This document shows, piece by piece, positions 24,714-37,998 of a DNA stretch of 60,000 nt. The DNA is from Squalus acanthias (Eukaryota): assembly GCA_030390025.1 (NCBI GenBank), contig CM059432.1, forward strand, positions 77,688,001-77,748,000, written 5' to 3'. The notes beneath the pieces were generated by a model. That model had not been told where the DNA came from, ran no database searches, and saw nothing but the letters and a program-made list of their open reading frames with translations. How positions within the stretch are numbered: the first letter of the stretch is position 1; every line of letters starts with the position of its first letter. The position numbers and the translations under genes are program-made.

Positions 24714-25680
24714 TATGCAGCCCTCATAAGGTACCAATCCGTGGATTCTAATCCTCTTTTTCTACTATTGCTGCTCGTCTGCTGCCACCTTCACTTGCTG
24801 CTTCTCACTGTTGCTTAGTGCTTCCCCAGGTGTTCGGTGATTCCTCATGACCCCCTCCCCCCATCTGATTCCCTTGCAGCGGATATTTCTATGCTGCTGC
24901 TTGTGGAGATTGCTGTATGGGTGCTTATATGGAGTATGAAAAATGTGCCTCCATTTAAATGCATCAGCCCTTTAAGAACTGCTGCATGCAGGATTCCCCT
25001 TCCCACAGATGCTGCAGTGCTCCCTGTACACATGAAAAACATGCAGGGAACATATTAAATGATTTAAATGACCCCACCTCATGGACTGCTACCGAACCAG
25101 CGTGGGTGTGCAAGAGAGCGCTGCGACTGCAGGCCCATTTTTTGCCATAATCGAGGAATTCAGTTCAATTACATTGAACCAAAAAAAAATGCAGTGATAA
25201 TCCCTAAATCAACCATTAAGACTTGAATTATAAAAACTGGCCTCACTATGCTATAGTAATGTGAACAGTTAACATTTGTTGCATTAATCTCCTTTTATAC
25301 TTTTCTGGCTCCCAATTTACAGACTTTTTCCGAGTTTGGCCCCTGCCTTGCTCAGTGTGTTCCTACTCCACTTTGATTTTTTTCTGGTTTCACACCTCAA
25401 GTAAATATCAGTGAGATTAGCTTTCTGCTTCCTTACATACAGGACCCAAAGATCTACAATGGAAACAGTAACGCAACATCCCAACAGTCCCTTCAATGTA
25501 GAAGGACATACATATGTCCCTTCTAATGAGACTTAATTTGTCATTCGGTACATATTGCTTCACAATTTCCTGAGAGTCACCTCCCCACTTTCCTCTGAGC
25601 AAGCTCAGCAACTATTTACAGTGCAGTTGAACATCTGCAGTCCTTCTGCTGCAGTTTTGCCACAAGGTCAGTGTGAGTTC

Positions 25681-27134
25681 CATAGGATTACATAGAATAT
25701 ACAGTACAGAAACAGGCCATTTGACCCAACCAGTCCATGTTAGCGTTTATGTTCCACTTGAGCCTCCTCCCATCCTTCCACATCTAATTCTATCAGCATA
25801 ACCCTACATAACCCTCTGTTCTCTTCTCCCTCATATGCTTATCTAGCTTCCCCTTAAATACATCTATATAATTCGCCTCAACTACTCCCTGTGGTAGCGA
25901 GTTCCACATTCTCACCACTCTCTGGGTAAAGAAGTTTCTTCTGAATTCCCTATTTGATTTCTTGGTGACTATCTTATACTTCTTGCCTCTAGTTTTGCTC
26001 TCCCCACAAGTGGAAACACTCTCACTGTGTCTACTCCATCAAAACCTTTCATAAATTTAAAGACCTCTATTAGGTCACCCCTCAGCCTTCTCTTTTCAAG
26101 AGAAAAGAGACCAAGCCTGTTCATCCTTTCCTGATAGGTATAACCTCGCAGTTCTGGTATCACTTTGTAAGTCTTTTTTGTACCCTCTCCAGTGCCTCTA
26201 GATCCTTTTCATAATATGGCAACCAGAACTGTACACAGTACTCCAAGTGTGGTCTAACCAAGGTTCAATACAAGTTTAGCATAACTTCACTACTTTTCAA
26301 GTCTATCCCTCTGGAAATAAACTTTAGTGCTTGATTTGCTTTTGTTATAGCCTTATTGACCAGCATCGCAATTTTTAGTGATTTTTGTATTTGTACACAG
26401 AGATCCCTTTGCTCCTCCCCATTTAGAGACTTATTTTCTAAGTAATATGTGACCTCCTTATTTTTCTTATCTACATTGAAATTCATTTGCCAATTATATG
26501 CCCATTCTGCAAGTTTATTAATGTCTTCCAGTAATGTTTTGCAGTCCTCCTCAGTGTTGACTATCCCTCCCAATTTGGTGTTGTCCGCTAATTTAGAAAT
26601 TGTATTCATGATTCCAAAATGTAAATCGTTAATATAAATTGTGAACAACAGTGGTCCCAGCACTGATCCTGTGGGACCCTACTTCCCACCTTCTGCCACT
26701 CTGAATAGCTACCCTTTACCCCTACTCTCTGCTTTCTTTCAGCCAGCCAGCTATCCATTCTACTACTTGTCCACTGATTTTGCACGCTCTGACCTTATTC
26801 ATTAGTCTAATATGTGGTACCTTGTCGAAGGCCTTTTGGAAATCTAGATAAATTACATCTACTGCATTACCCTTGTCCACGCTCTCTGTTATCTCTGCAA
26901 ATAATTCAATGAGGTTGCTCAAGCAAGACTTGCCCCTTTCATTATTATATTTTTGGTTTCTAGATGTTTTTCTATTTTCCCCTTTAGGAGGGATTCCATT
27001 ACTTTTCCTACCACCGATGTGAAGCTGACTGGTCTATAGTTCCCTGGACATGTTCTATCTCCCTTCTTAAATATACGTAAAATGTTAGCTATTCACCAGT
27101 CCTCTGGCACTACACCTTTTTCGACTGAATTATT
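25681..27134 (-). mobile_element. CR1 LINE 3' portion (host of copy-2 insertion)
   Basis: [42 protein letters not shown]-type tail at 25681. Confidence 0.9.
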
Positions 27135-27765
27135 CAGAGTGCAGCTTGGCACAGAGTGAACAACTGGGAGTTTGGTAAGTGTGGGAGTGAATCTTAAGAG
27201 TAATCTCTTTTTGATAAAATCTAGTCTTGTGTGCTTGCAATTAGCATTTAACTTAAATTTACTGTTTTAAGTTTCTTCCAGGCTTGGGCAGGGCTAAGCA
27301 AGCTCTGCACAGGAGAGTGGGTAGGGCTAGTTAGTTAATTAACTGGTCTAATCTGGTTCTGCAACTGCCAGAGAGCTAACTCATAAATCTCAGCAGTATA
27401 AATAAGGGAGGTTGGATGCAGCTTGGCACAGAGTGAACAACTGGGGGTTTGGTAAGTGTGGGAGTTCGGTGACGTGGGGGAAGGAGTTGCTTGCTTTTCC
27501 TAACTTCTCCCACAGAGCGGTGGCGGACCTGAGTGGGAGCAAACTGAGGCCCGAGAGCGGGGATAAAAGCATCAGCAGACCTGCATCAACCAGAGGAAAC
27601 GGCAGTGTGACATCACAGGTAAGGTAGGTAAGTGATTGGTAGAGACTGTGGGCTAACTTTTAAGATAACATATAACTAAATTTTAAAAATTAAACTTAAT
27701 TTAATAAACTAAATGAGGTAAATAGTTTGATTAACACTAAACTAATTAATTAAATAAATAAAATA

Positions 27766-28708
27766 ATGGGAGAACAGGAGATGTGTTGCTGCTGCAATAT
27801 GTGGGAGCTTGTGGACATTTTTGTCCAAGGGCGACTACATCTGCGGTAAGTGTCTGCGGCTCGAGGAACTTCGGCTCCGAGTTGAGGAGCTGGAGTCCGA
27901 ACTGCAGACATTGCGAGACATCACAGAGGGAGAAAGTTACCTGGACCTTTTGCTCCAGGAGGCAGCCACACCCCTTAGATTAAATACTTTAGAATTGACA
28001 CGTGGTCAGGGACAGGAGGGTGTGACTGTGAGTGAGGCAGGTATGGGGATCCAGGAGGTAGTATTGCAGGAGCCTCAGTCCCTGCTCTTGTCCAATAGAT
28101 TTGAGGTCCTTGCAACCCTTGTGGACAAGTGCAGGGACTGCGGGGAGGACGAGCAAACTGACCACGGAACCGTGGTACAGGAAGCTGTTCAAGTGGGTGG
28201 ACTAAAAAGGAAGATGGTTGTAGTAGGTGACAGTATAGTTAGGGGGATAGACACTGTTCTCTGCAGCCAGGAGCGTGAGTCCCCAAGGCTATGTTGCCTA
28301 CCCGGTACCAGGGTAAAGGACATCTCCTCCGGGCTGGAGAAGAACTTGGAGTGGGAGGGGGAGGATCCAGTTGTCGTGGTCCACATAGGAACCAACGACA
28401 TAGGTAGGACAAAGAAAGAGGTTCTGCTGAGAGAGTTTGAGCAGCTAGGGACTAAATTAAAAAGCAGAACCACAAAGGTCATAATCTCTGGATTATTACC
28501 AGATCCACGAGCAAATTGGCATAGGGTCAATAGGATCAGGGAGATGAATGCATGGCTCAAAGATTGGTGTGGGAGAAGTGGGTTTCGATTCGTGGGGTAC
28601 TGGGGAAAGAGAGAGCTGTTCCGTTGGGATGGACTACACCTGAACCATGCTGAGACCAGAGTTCTAGCGAATCGAATAACTAGGGAGATAGATAGGGTTT
28701 TAAACTAA
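27766..28708 (+). pseudogene. CR1 ORF1 (Zn finger, leucine zipper, SGNH esterase), +1 frameshift near 27828
   Basis: ATG 27766 MGEQEMCCCCNMW; extra base in GTCCAAGGGCGAC versus copy 1; GDSI/GTND/DGLHL motifs. Confidence 0.9.
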
Positions 28709-28755
28709 ATAAGGGGGGGGGGGGGCGGGAGGGTCCTGGTGGAGAGAAATCTAGA

Positions 28756-31730
28756 ATGCTAAAGAGAAAAGACAAGGAAGCAGTGCAGGAAAGTGATTGG
28801 GGTAAGGATAACCAGATTGTGTCAGGAAGGGACAGAACGTACAAACAAAGGAGTGCACTAACAAATAGGGTCCGGGTAAGAAAAAATGGTAATAAGACAA
28901 ATAGGGCCATAGTACAAAAAAATGTTAAGATCTCTAAAAATGTTAAAAAGACAAATCTAAAGGCACTGTATCTGAATGCACAAAGCATTCATAATAAGGT
29001 AGACGAATTAACAGCGCAAATAGATGTAAATGGATATGATATAATTGCGATTACGGAGACATGGCTGCAGGGTGACCAAGGCTGGGAGCTGAATATCCAA
29101 GGATATTCGATATTTAGGAAGGACAGGTGAAAAGGAAAAGGTGGCATTGTTAGTAAAGGATGAAATCAGAGCAATACTGAGAAAGGATATTGGCTCAGAA
29201 AATAAAGATGTAGAATCAGTCTGGATGGAGCTAAGAAGCACCAAGGGGCAGAAAACATTGGTGGGAGTTGTCTATAGGCCTCCAAACAGTAGTGGTAATG
29301 TAGGGGATGGCATCAAACAGGAAATTAGAGATGCATGTAACAAGGGTACTACAGTAATCATGGGTGACTTTAATTTACATATAGACTGGCCAAACCAAAT
29401 TAGTAATAATACTGTGGAGGATGAATTCCTGGAGTGTGTACGAGATGGTTTTTTCGACCAGTACTTGGAGGAGCCAACTAGGGAACAGGCTATCCTAGAT
29501 TGGTTATTGTGCAATGAGAAGGGGTTAATTAATAATCTTGTTGTGCGGGGTCCTTTCGGGAAGAGTGACCATAACATGATAGAATTCTTCATTAAGATGG
29601 AAAGTGAAGAAGTCCAATCTGCAACTAGGGTCCTAAATCTAAACAAAGGAAACTACGAAGGTATGAGGAGGGAGTTGGCTATGATAGATTGGGAAGCTTC
29701 AAAAAACGGCATGATGGTGGATAGGCAATGGCTAACATTTAAGGAACGAATGCATGAATTGCAACAGTTATACATTCCTTTCTGGCGCAACAACACAAAA
29801 GGAAAAGCGGCCCAACCATGGCTAACAAAAGAAATTAAGGATAGTATTAGATCCAAAGAGGAGTCATATAAAGTTGCCAGAAAAAGTAGCAAGCCTGAGG
29901 ATTGGGAGCAGTTTAGAGTTCAGCAAAAAAGGACCAAGAGATTGATTAAGATGGGAAAAATAGAGTATGAGAGTAAACTTGCAAGGAACATAAACGCAGA
30001 TTGTAAAAGCTTCTACAAGTATGTAAAAAGAAAAAGATTAGTGAAGACAAATGTAGGTCCCTTACAGTCAGAAACTGGAGAAGTTATAATGGGGAACAAG
30101 GAAATGACTGAGCAATTAACCAAATACTTTGGTTCTGTCTTCACGGAAGAGGACACAAATAACTTCCCAGAAATGCTAGGGAACCAAGGGTCTAGTGAGA
30201 AGGAGGAATTAAAGGAAATTAGTATTAGTAAAAAAAAATAGTGCTGGAGAAATTAATGGGACTGAAAGCTGATAAATCCCCAGGGCCTGATAATCTGCAT
30301 CCCAGAGTACTAAAAGAGGTAGCCATGGAAATAGTGGATGCATTGGTTGTCATCTTCCAAAATTCTATAGATTATGGAACAATTCCTGCAGATTGGAGGG
30401 TGGCAAATGTAACCCCACTATTTAAAAGAGGGAGAGAGAAAACAGGGAACTACAGACCAGTTAGCCTAACATCAGTAGTAGGAAAAATGCTAGAGTCTAT
30501 TATAAAGGATGTGATAACAGGACACTTAGAAAATATCAACGGGATTAGACAAAGTCAACATGGATTTATGAAAGGGAAATCGTATTTGACAAACCTACTT
30601 GAGTTTTTTGAGGATGTAATTGGTAGAATAGATAAGGGAGAACCAGTGGATGTGGTGTATTTGGATTTTCAGAAGGCCTTTGATAAAGTCCCACATAAAA
30701 GAGGTTAGTGTGCAAAATTAAAGCACATGGGATTGGGGGTAACATACTGGCATGGATTGAAAGTTGGTTAACAGACAGGAAACAGAGAGTAGGAATAAAT
30801 GGGTCTTTTTCAGGGTGGCAGGCGGTGACTAGTGGGGTACCGCAGGGATCAGTGCTTGGGCCCCAGCTATTCACATGATTTGGATGAGGGAACCAAATGT
30901 AATATTTCCAAGTTTGCTGATGACACGGAACTAGGTGGGATTGTGAGTTGTGAGGAGGATGCAAAGAGGCTTCAAGGCGATTTAGACAAGTTGAGTGAGT
31001 GGGCAAATACGTGGCAGATGCAGTATAACGTGGATAAATGTGAAGTTATCCACTTCGGTAGGAAAAACAGAAAGGCAGAGTATTATTTAAATGGTGATAG
31101 ATTGGGAAATGTTGATGTATAAAGGGACCTGGGTGTCCTTGTACACCAGTCACTGAAAGCAACCATGCAGGTGCAGCAAGCAGTTAGGAAGGCAAATGTT
31201 ATATTGGCCGTCATTGCAAGAGGATTTGAGTACAGGAGCAAGGATGTCTTACTACAGTTATACAGGGCCTTGGTGAGACCACACCTGGAGTACTGTGTGC
31301 TTTTTTGTTCTCCTTATCTAAGAAAGGATATGCTTGCCATAGAGGGAGTGCAGCGAAGGTTCACCAGACTGATTCCTGGGATGGCAGGACTGTCGTATGA
31401 GGAGAGATTGGGTCGACTAGGCCTGTATTCACTAGAGTTTAGCAGAATGAGAGGGGATCTCATGGAAACGAATAAAATTCTGACAGGGCTAGACAGACTG
31501 GATGCAGGGAGGATGTTTCCCCTGATTGGGGGTCTAGAACGAGGGGTCATAGTCTCAGGATACGGGGTAGGACATTTAGGACTGAGATGAGGAGAAATTT
31601 CTTCACTCAGAGGGTGGGGAACCTGTGGAATTCTCTACCACAGACAGCTGAGGAGGCCAAGTCACTGAATATATTTAAGGAGATAGATAGATTTCTAGAC
31701 ACAAAAGGCATCAAGTGGTATGGGGAGAGA
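28756..31730 (+). pseudogene. CR1 ORF2 (APE endonuclease + reverse transcriptase), disrupted
   Basis: YLNAQSI, ITETWL, YRPP, GDFN, SDH, NYRPVSLTS, YLDFQKAFD and FADD across several ORF pieces; 3' end approximate. Confidence 0.9.
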
Positions 31731-31840
31731 GTGGGAATATGGTATTGACATGATAGAGGATCAGCCATGATCATATTGAATGGCGGAGCAGGCTCGAAGA
31801 GCCGAATTACCTACTCCTGCTCCTATTTTTCTTTGTTTCT

Positions 31841-33815
31841 AATATTTGTAATAGTGCCTCTGCTATCTCTTCCCTAGATTATTTTAGAATGCGCGGATGC
31901 AATCTGTCCGGACTAGGGGTTCTATCCTCTTTGAGTTCGATTAGTTTATTTAATATAACTGCATTTAAAATAAAAAGAAAATATAATTTCTAATCTCATC
32001 TTCCGATGTCATCTCCACTTGATCCGTCTCCCTGGTAAATACTGAAGCAAAATAATTATTTACTATTCCTACCATTTTGCTGCCTGTGATTTTATCTTGA
32101 TCATCCCTTAATGGTCCTATTCCCATCCCAACTTTTGTTTTTTTATGTTCCTGTAAAATATTTTATTATTTTGTTTTATGTTCCTTAATAATTTAATTTC
32201 ATAGTTCCTTTTTGCCTTCCTAATTTTTTGACTTCTCTCCTAGTCTCTTTGTATTCTCCCTTGACTTGCTCTGCTCTGTTGACCATGTACTTAGTGTATG
32301 TCTCTTTCCTTACCCTCAATTTTTCCCCCCAGGTCTTTATTCATTAGTGTTTAGTTTGTTCTTGTTTTTTAGCGGAATATATTTTTCCTAGGCTCTGTTG
32401 AACGCTGCTTTAAATGTTTCTCATTGCTGTTCTAAATATAAATGTAAGTCTTTTTTTAAAATCATTGTTTGCCAATATTCTTTTCCATTTTATTTTCCCA
32501 AGTCCTATTCACAGCCCCTCAACGTCAGTTTTTTTTCCAATTTTTTTCCTGATTTTTGTCATGCTTCTGTCCTTCTCAATTATTATCCTAAACTGTATAT
32601 TATGGTCATTATTGCCTAGATGTTCCAGCTTTGCTTCTCTTATCTGCTCTGGTTCATTCCCCATTACCAGATGCAGTAGCAAATTCTCCCTTGTCGGGCT
32701 TCTTACATAGTGGAATAGAAAAGAGTCCTGCACACATTGTAGGAACTCCATTCCCTTATCCCCTTTACCTACCTCTTCTTGCCAATTAATTTTAAGGTAG
32801 TTGAAATCCCCCATGATTATTATTCTATGTTTGTTACTCATTTCTCTAATTTGTTTATATATTTCTTCCTCCACCTCCCTTTAGGTGGTCTATAGATTAC
32901 CCCTATTAATGTGATTGATCCTTTTTTATCTCATCACTATCCACATGGATTCTATTTCTGTCTTACTGATGGCTGCATTACTTTTTTATACTGCTATTAT
33001 GTTATCTCTAATAAGTAGTTACTTCACCTTCCTTTTTCCCACTCTACCTTTTATAAATGCTATACCCTGCAATGTTTAATTCCCAGTCCTGATTTTTCTG
33101 TAGCCATGTCTCAGTAATCCCGACTATATCTGGTTCCTCGCAATGTATTATTGTCTCCAGTTCCAGTTTTATTAGACACTGTGCATTGTTGCACAGACAG
33201 TTTAACTCAATAGCAGTTGCTCTGACTTTATTTTTAACCATTTTTTTACACTCCTGTTCTATAACTCTAGTTATTCCCCGGCCATTTATGTCCTCCCTTA
33301 GTTTAGCCTGTCCCATGCTCTCCTTTCCAGTTGCATTTATATTTAAGCTTGATTCATTTCTTGTTGATCCCTCCCATTGTCTTATTAGTTTAAAGCCTTT
33401 GTGACCTCCCTATTTACCCTTTCTGCTAGGACACTGGTCCCATTGTGGTTCAGGTGGAGCCTATGTCATCGGTACTGCTCCTTCCTGTCCCAGTACTGGT
33501 GCCAGTGCCCCATGAAAAGGAACTCCTCTTTCCCACACCAGCCCTTTAGCCACGTTAACTCCCCTGGTGTGTCTGTCTCAATGCCAATTTGCACGTAGCT
33601 CGGGGAATAATCCAAAGATTATTATTCGAGGTCCTGCTTTTTAATTTAGTTCCTAATTCCTGATACTTCCTCAGCAGGACTTCCTCTCTGTTCCTACCTA
33701 TGACATTTGTTCCAACATGGACTATGACAACTAGATTTACCCAGTCCCTTTCCAAATTCCTCTGGCACCGAGTAGGCAACATACCCGTTGGAACTCTTGT
33801 TCATGGCTGCAGAGG
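31841..33815 (-). mobile_element. CR1 LINE 5' portion (APE and esterase remnants) of the element at 25681-27134
   Basis: GITETWL, GDFNY and HVGTN...LGTKLKSRT fragments. Confidence 0.85.
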
Positions 33816-34754
33816 GCGCGAAAGATCCCCATAATTATAGAGCGTGGCAGAAGGGCCTTGTTAGCACAATCCAAACAAAGTCAGTGTTGCAGAAGTGGGC
33901 ATGGCTGAGAGAGGACTCCCAGACCAAGTGCTTCCTCAGCTGGAAAAGCATTACACCAGTATGTTGAGTGGAACCAGGTGCATCAGCCTGCCAAATGGTG
34001 CAATTGGACCCTGAGACCTGGACCCCAGAGATGAAAAAACATTTTGCTAAATGTTTTAACACCCCCCCCCCTCCCCCTCCCCCTCCCCCCCCATTTTAAC
34101 AACGTATCCAGGTCTTGAACGAATTCATGGCCCTTCCGCCACACTGTCGTCAGACTTACAGAAAGAATGTGCCAAAGGGGCCGATGACTTTCGGCCCCCA
34201 TATGACCATTACCAGAGGTTTACAATTCAGCCTTGTATCTTCTACATCGCACAAATGCTGAAGAACTTCACAAATTTCACAGAATCTTAACTGCAGTTTT
34301 ATCATGCAAATATTAATATTTGTTTTGATTGTACTGTCATATTCAATTAGAGGCACCTGCTCAATAATCCAATCTAGTGTTGCGTACCAATTCATCCTGA
34401 GGAGAGAGCCCAGTGCCAGTCTAATCCCATCACTATATGCAGAAAATCTACCCCCAGCACATTATAGAAAGATCATTTCAGTGACGCCCTCTGCTGATGA
34501 ATAGTGTGATAACAAAAACAATGCAGCAAATGAATGCATTTTAACAGTAGCATTCATAAACAGTATAAAAAGTTCATTTAAAATATATATTCCTTTTTAC
34601 CTACATTGAGCATTTAGACATGTCAAAAATTTTAAATCATACATTTAATTGTTTTATAAATGATTAGGAATCTCCAACATTCTATGCCATAACTTGTAAT
34701 AAAGATGAGAAGTCGCACAACACCAGGTTATAGTCCAACAGATTTATTTAATTT

Positions 34755-34792
34755 TACAAGCTTTCGGTGCTGTCGCTCCTTCGTCAGGTAAG
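34755..34792 (-). ncRNA. Minimal hammerhead ribozyme motif
   Basis: CCTGACGA-AGGAGCGACAGCACC-GAAAGCTTG: catalytic CUGANGA and GAAA boxes, stem II, palindromic AAGCTT. Confidence 0.7.
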
Positions 34793-35020
34793 TTAGCAAT
34801 GAGAGAATCTCCCAGAATTCACAATTTAAACCCAGATAAAATCTATTCACATTATTCGCTACAACAAAGAGCACAGCCAAGACAATGAGATGTGTCCCAG
34901 GGGGTCCAACGTGTCAAACCACCTGCTGGCTGCATATCCTGTCAATTTGTGTTCTTGTGTTAGCCTTTTTAAAAAAAAAACCAAAAAAAAACACCTGGGA
35001 AGACCGGCCATGATGTCAAG

Positions 35021-36076
35021 TCACGTTCTGTATCGTGACATGAACCCGATATCGCGATTGAGACCATCCTCATGAGTGCGGAACTTGGCTATCAGTTTCT
35101 GCTCTATGATTTTGCGCTGTCGTGTATCTCGAAGGCCGCCTTGGAGAACGCTTACCCGCAGATCCGAGGCTGAATGCCCCTGGCTGCTGAAGTGTTCCCC
35201 GACTGGGAGGCAACCCTCCTGCCTGGCGATTGTTGCGCGGTGTCCGTTCATACGTTGTCTCAGTGTCTGCATGGTCTCGCCGATGTACCATGCTCTGGAG
35301 CATCCTTTACTGCAACGTATCAGGTAGACAACGTTGGCCGAGTCACATGAGTATGTACCGTGTACCTGGTGGGTAGTGTCCTCACGTGTAATGATGGTAT
35401 CTGTGTCCATGATTTGGCATGTCTTGCAGAGGTTGCCGTGGCAGGGTTGTGTGGTGTCTTGGTTGCTGTTCTCCTGAAAGATGGGTAATCTGCTGCGAAC
35501 GATGGTACTTTTGAGGTTAGGCGGCTGCTTGAAGGCGAGTAGTGGAGGCGTGGGGATGGCCTTAGCAAGGTGTTCGTCGTCATCGATGACATGTTGAAGG
35601 CTGCGAAGAACATGGCGTAGTTTTTCCGCTCCGGGGAAGTACTGGACGACGTAGGGTACTCTGTTGGTTGTGTCCCGTGTTCGTCTTCTGAGGAGGTCTA
35701 TGCGGTTTTTCGCTGTGGCCCGTCGGAACTGTCGATCGACGAGTCGAGCGTCATATCCCGTTCTTACGAGAGCGTCTTTCAGTGTCCGTAGGTGTCCATC
35801 GCGTTCCTCCTCGTCTGAGCAGATCCTGTGTATTCGCAGGGCTTGTCCATAGGGGATGGCTTCTTTAACGTGGTTAGGGTGGAAGCTGGAGAAGTGGAGC
35901 ATCGTGAGGTTGTCCGTGGGCTTGCGGTAGAGTGAAGTGCTGAGGCGTCCGTCTTTGATGGAGATTCGTGTGTCCAAGAATGAAACCGATTCTGAGGAGT
36001 AGTCCATGGTGAGTTTGATGGTGGGATGGAACCTGTTGATGCTATCGTGTAGTCCTTTCAGTGATCCTTCGCCGTG
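35021..36076 (-). CDS. Penelope RT C-terminus + GIY-YIG endonuclease (partial, uninterrupted)
   Basis: ~350 codons open; the first residues of the listed ORF come from flanking DNA. Confidence 0.85.
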   Translation of the reverse strand, partial: HGEGSLKGLHDSINRFHPTIKLTMDYSSESVSFLDTRISIKDGRLSTSLYRKPTDNLTMLHFSSFHPNHVKEAIPYGQALRIHRICSDEEERDGHLRTLKDALVRTGYDARLVDRQFRRATAKNRIDLLRRRTRDTTNRVPYVVQYFPGAEKLRHVLRSLQHVIDDDEHLAKAIPTPPLLAFKQPPNLKSTIVRSRLPIFQENSNQDTTQPCHGNLCKTCQIMDTDTIITREDTTHQVHGTYSCDSANVVYLIRCSKGCSRAWYIGETMQTLRQRMNGHRATIARQEGCLPVGEHFSSQGHSASDLRVSVLQGGLRDTRQRKIIEQKLIAKFRTHEDGLNRDIGFMSRYRT

Positions 36077-36725
36077 AAGAGCAATTGCATGCTTCATCAT
36101 ATAAGCATTCTATGAGAGGGGCTGCAGTAATTACAAGGATATGTCTACCAAACTATTGCTTCAAGCACATGAACAGTGGATGAACCAAGCCTGAAACACA
36201 TTTACAGTAAAAATGTTTATTAAAGATAACAGGGACAAGACACGTTTAAAAAAAGTTTAAAACCTTTGTTATTCATATCAAATATTAAACATAAAATCAG
36301 ACAAGTAACTGAATTAAAAATGCTTTTAAAAAAGCATATTTATATTACCATTATTGAAATCTATGACATTTCACTTGTGGAGGGGGCACCAAAACTAGGG
36401 GCCATAAATATAAAATATGTACACAATAGGTTTTGTAAATTTAAAATTTAATTTCTGTAAAAATTTGTTGGATTAAATAGTGAAAGGTATCAAGAAAACA
36501 TTGTCAACAGATTATTGTCCCATTTATACATAAAACGCATTCAGTTTAAGAGAAAGTCCCTAGACACTTCTGCAGCCCTTTACCCAAGTACTAATCATTT
36601 AATAGAGAGTAACTTGAAAAACTCCTTGAAAGAATTGCATTTACAGAGCACATTTCATGTCCTCAGGGCATTCCAAAGTGCTTCATAGACAATTAATTTG
36701 TTTGTTCAAGGTGGCAACTGTTATT

Positions 36726-37472
36726 GGGCCAGCATTTGCTGTCAAAATAATGGTGAGGCTAATGACACTCACTGTTATTTATTCGTAAATGGTACAGCAA
36801 CTTCAGGCGAGGAACAGCATCTAAACTTAAATATCCAAACGCTGCTGTCCGAGTTGCACCACTCCATTAGCTTCGTGAAAACGGCATCTCGCTGTCTGCC
36901 TCACCATTGAAATGCTTTGAATGGCAAAGTTGCTATATTTACACGGTAAATACGAACCAAACGCGCCACAGAAAGTCTTATCCATTTCAGTCTAAGTATC
37001 CTTTTAACGATGAGATAAGTTTTTATTACTGACAGTCAGCCTCTCTGGCATTGAAAATTAACGATTACATGTGTGGCGTCTCATTCCTTTAGGTTTTAAT
37101 AGTTGGAGATTTAAAAAAATGTAAAATTTAAAATTTAGTTTTTTTTAAAAACTTTTCCTTTCTCTTTTTTTCCTCTCTTAATCCAATCTTTCTTCCCCTC
37201 TTTCTGTACCCAATTTGATATTGAATTCACCCACTCTAATTTACACTTCCTTCTCAGTCCTTGCACTGTTAATTTCACAATCCTTCAATCTGATTAAGGA
37301 GATACTCAGTTGCTTGCCTTGTTCACTGAGGTCCCAGGTGCCCAGTTTCCCTCACTGTGATGTTATCAGCTGGCATGTTCATCAACTTGCCACACAAAAA
37401 AATGTAAAAACCTAAATGTGCAAAGGCAAGTCTAAATAATGGCAGATGCCCTGCCACAGGAAATTATGGTCC
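36726..37472. mobile_element. Old Harbinger-type MITE
   Basis: Degenerate TIR GGGCCAGCATTTGCTGT / ACAGGAAATTATGGTCC; no clear TSD. Confidence 0.5.
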
Positions 37473-37911
37473 AATAATCTGCTTTAAATGAAGCTGGTTG
37501 AGAGGAATGATGGGGTGGGTCAGGAGCAGTGGCCAGCTTTCTTTAAATGTGGGGTCGGGAGGAGCACTCTTGCTCCTCTGGGCTCCACATTCAGATAAGT
37601 AAATTTGAAAGACTTACCTTGTGGGTTGCACTCGGTCCCAAGCTTTAGTTTTATGGAGTGCAGCTGGTGCTGGCGCCAGCTGCCTCAGGGCAAACCAATT
37701 TTGAAGTGGGAGCCTCACGGGTGTTAGGCCCCTTATCTGCATATGCAAAGGGAACAAGTCCTCTTTCAGGTGTGGGCCCTCCACACCTATTTTTGTTCCT
37801 TCACCAATAGGGCGGGTGGCTCACTTCTGGCCAGAAATAGCGCACATCTCCTGCCTGCCATAGGCCAGTTAGTGCCCAAAAGTTAGGCGCTGCATGGCCA
37901 AATTTATTGGC

Positions 37912-37998
37912 CACCGTCTTTTGAATGAGAAAGTAAGCTAAAGGCCAGTCTGCCTGTCCTAGTAGATGTAAAAGATTCCATGGCACTGTTCAAAGAAC
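37912..37998 (+). mobile_element. DeuSINE core fragment
   Basis: CCGTCTTTTGAATGAG...AGGCCAGTCTGCCTG...GATGTAAAAGATTCCATGGCACTGTTCAAAGAA. Confidence 0.6.

Larger units (their letters stand above)
27135..31840 (+). mobile_element. Full-length CR1 LINE (copy 2), same subfamily as 4509-10088
   Basis: 5'UTR, ORF1 27766-28708, ORF2 from 28756 with APE and RT motifs (stops and frameshifts present), 3' tail; host CR1 is continuous across 27134/31841. Confidence 0.95.
34700..36076 (-). mobile_element. Penelope-like element, 5'-truncated, with hammerhead-bearing 3' pLTR
   Basis: RT thumb (VSFLD...LYRKPTD...SFHP) + CxxC linker + GIY-YIG (NVVYLIRC...WYIGET...R..GH...E...GLN); hammerhead motif at 34755-34792. 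Confidence 0.92.

Noticed and set aside
33814..34199. Possible MITE ending in hairpin GGGGCCGATGACTTTCGGCCCC
   Set aside because: Left TIR match is weak and no TSD could be established
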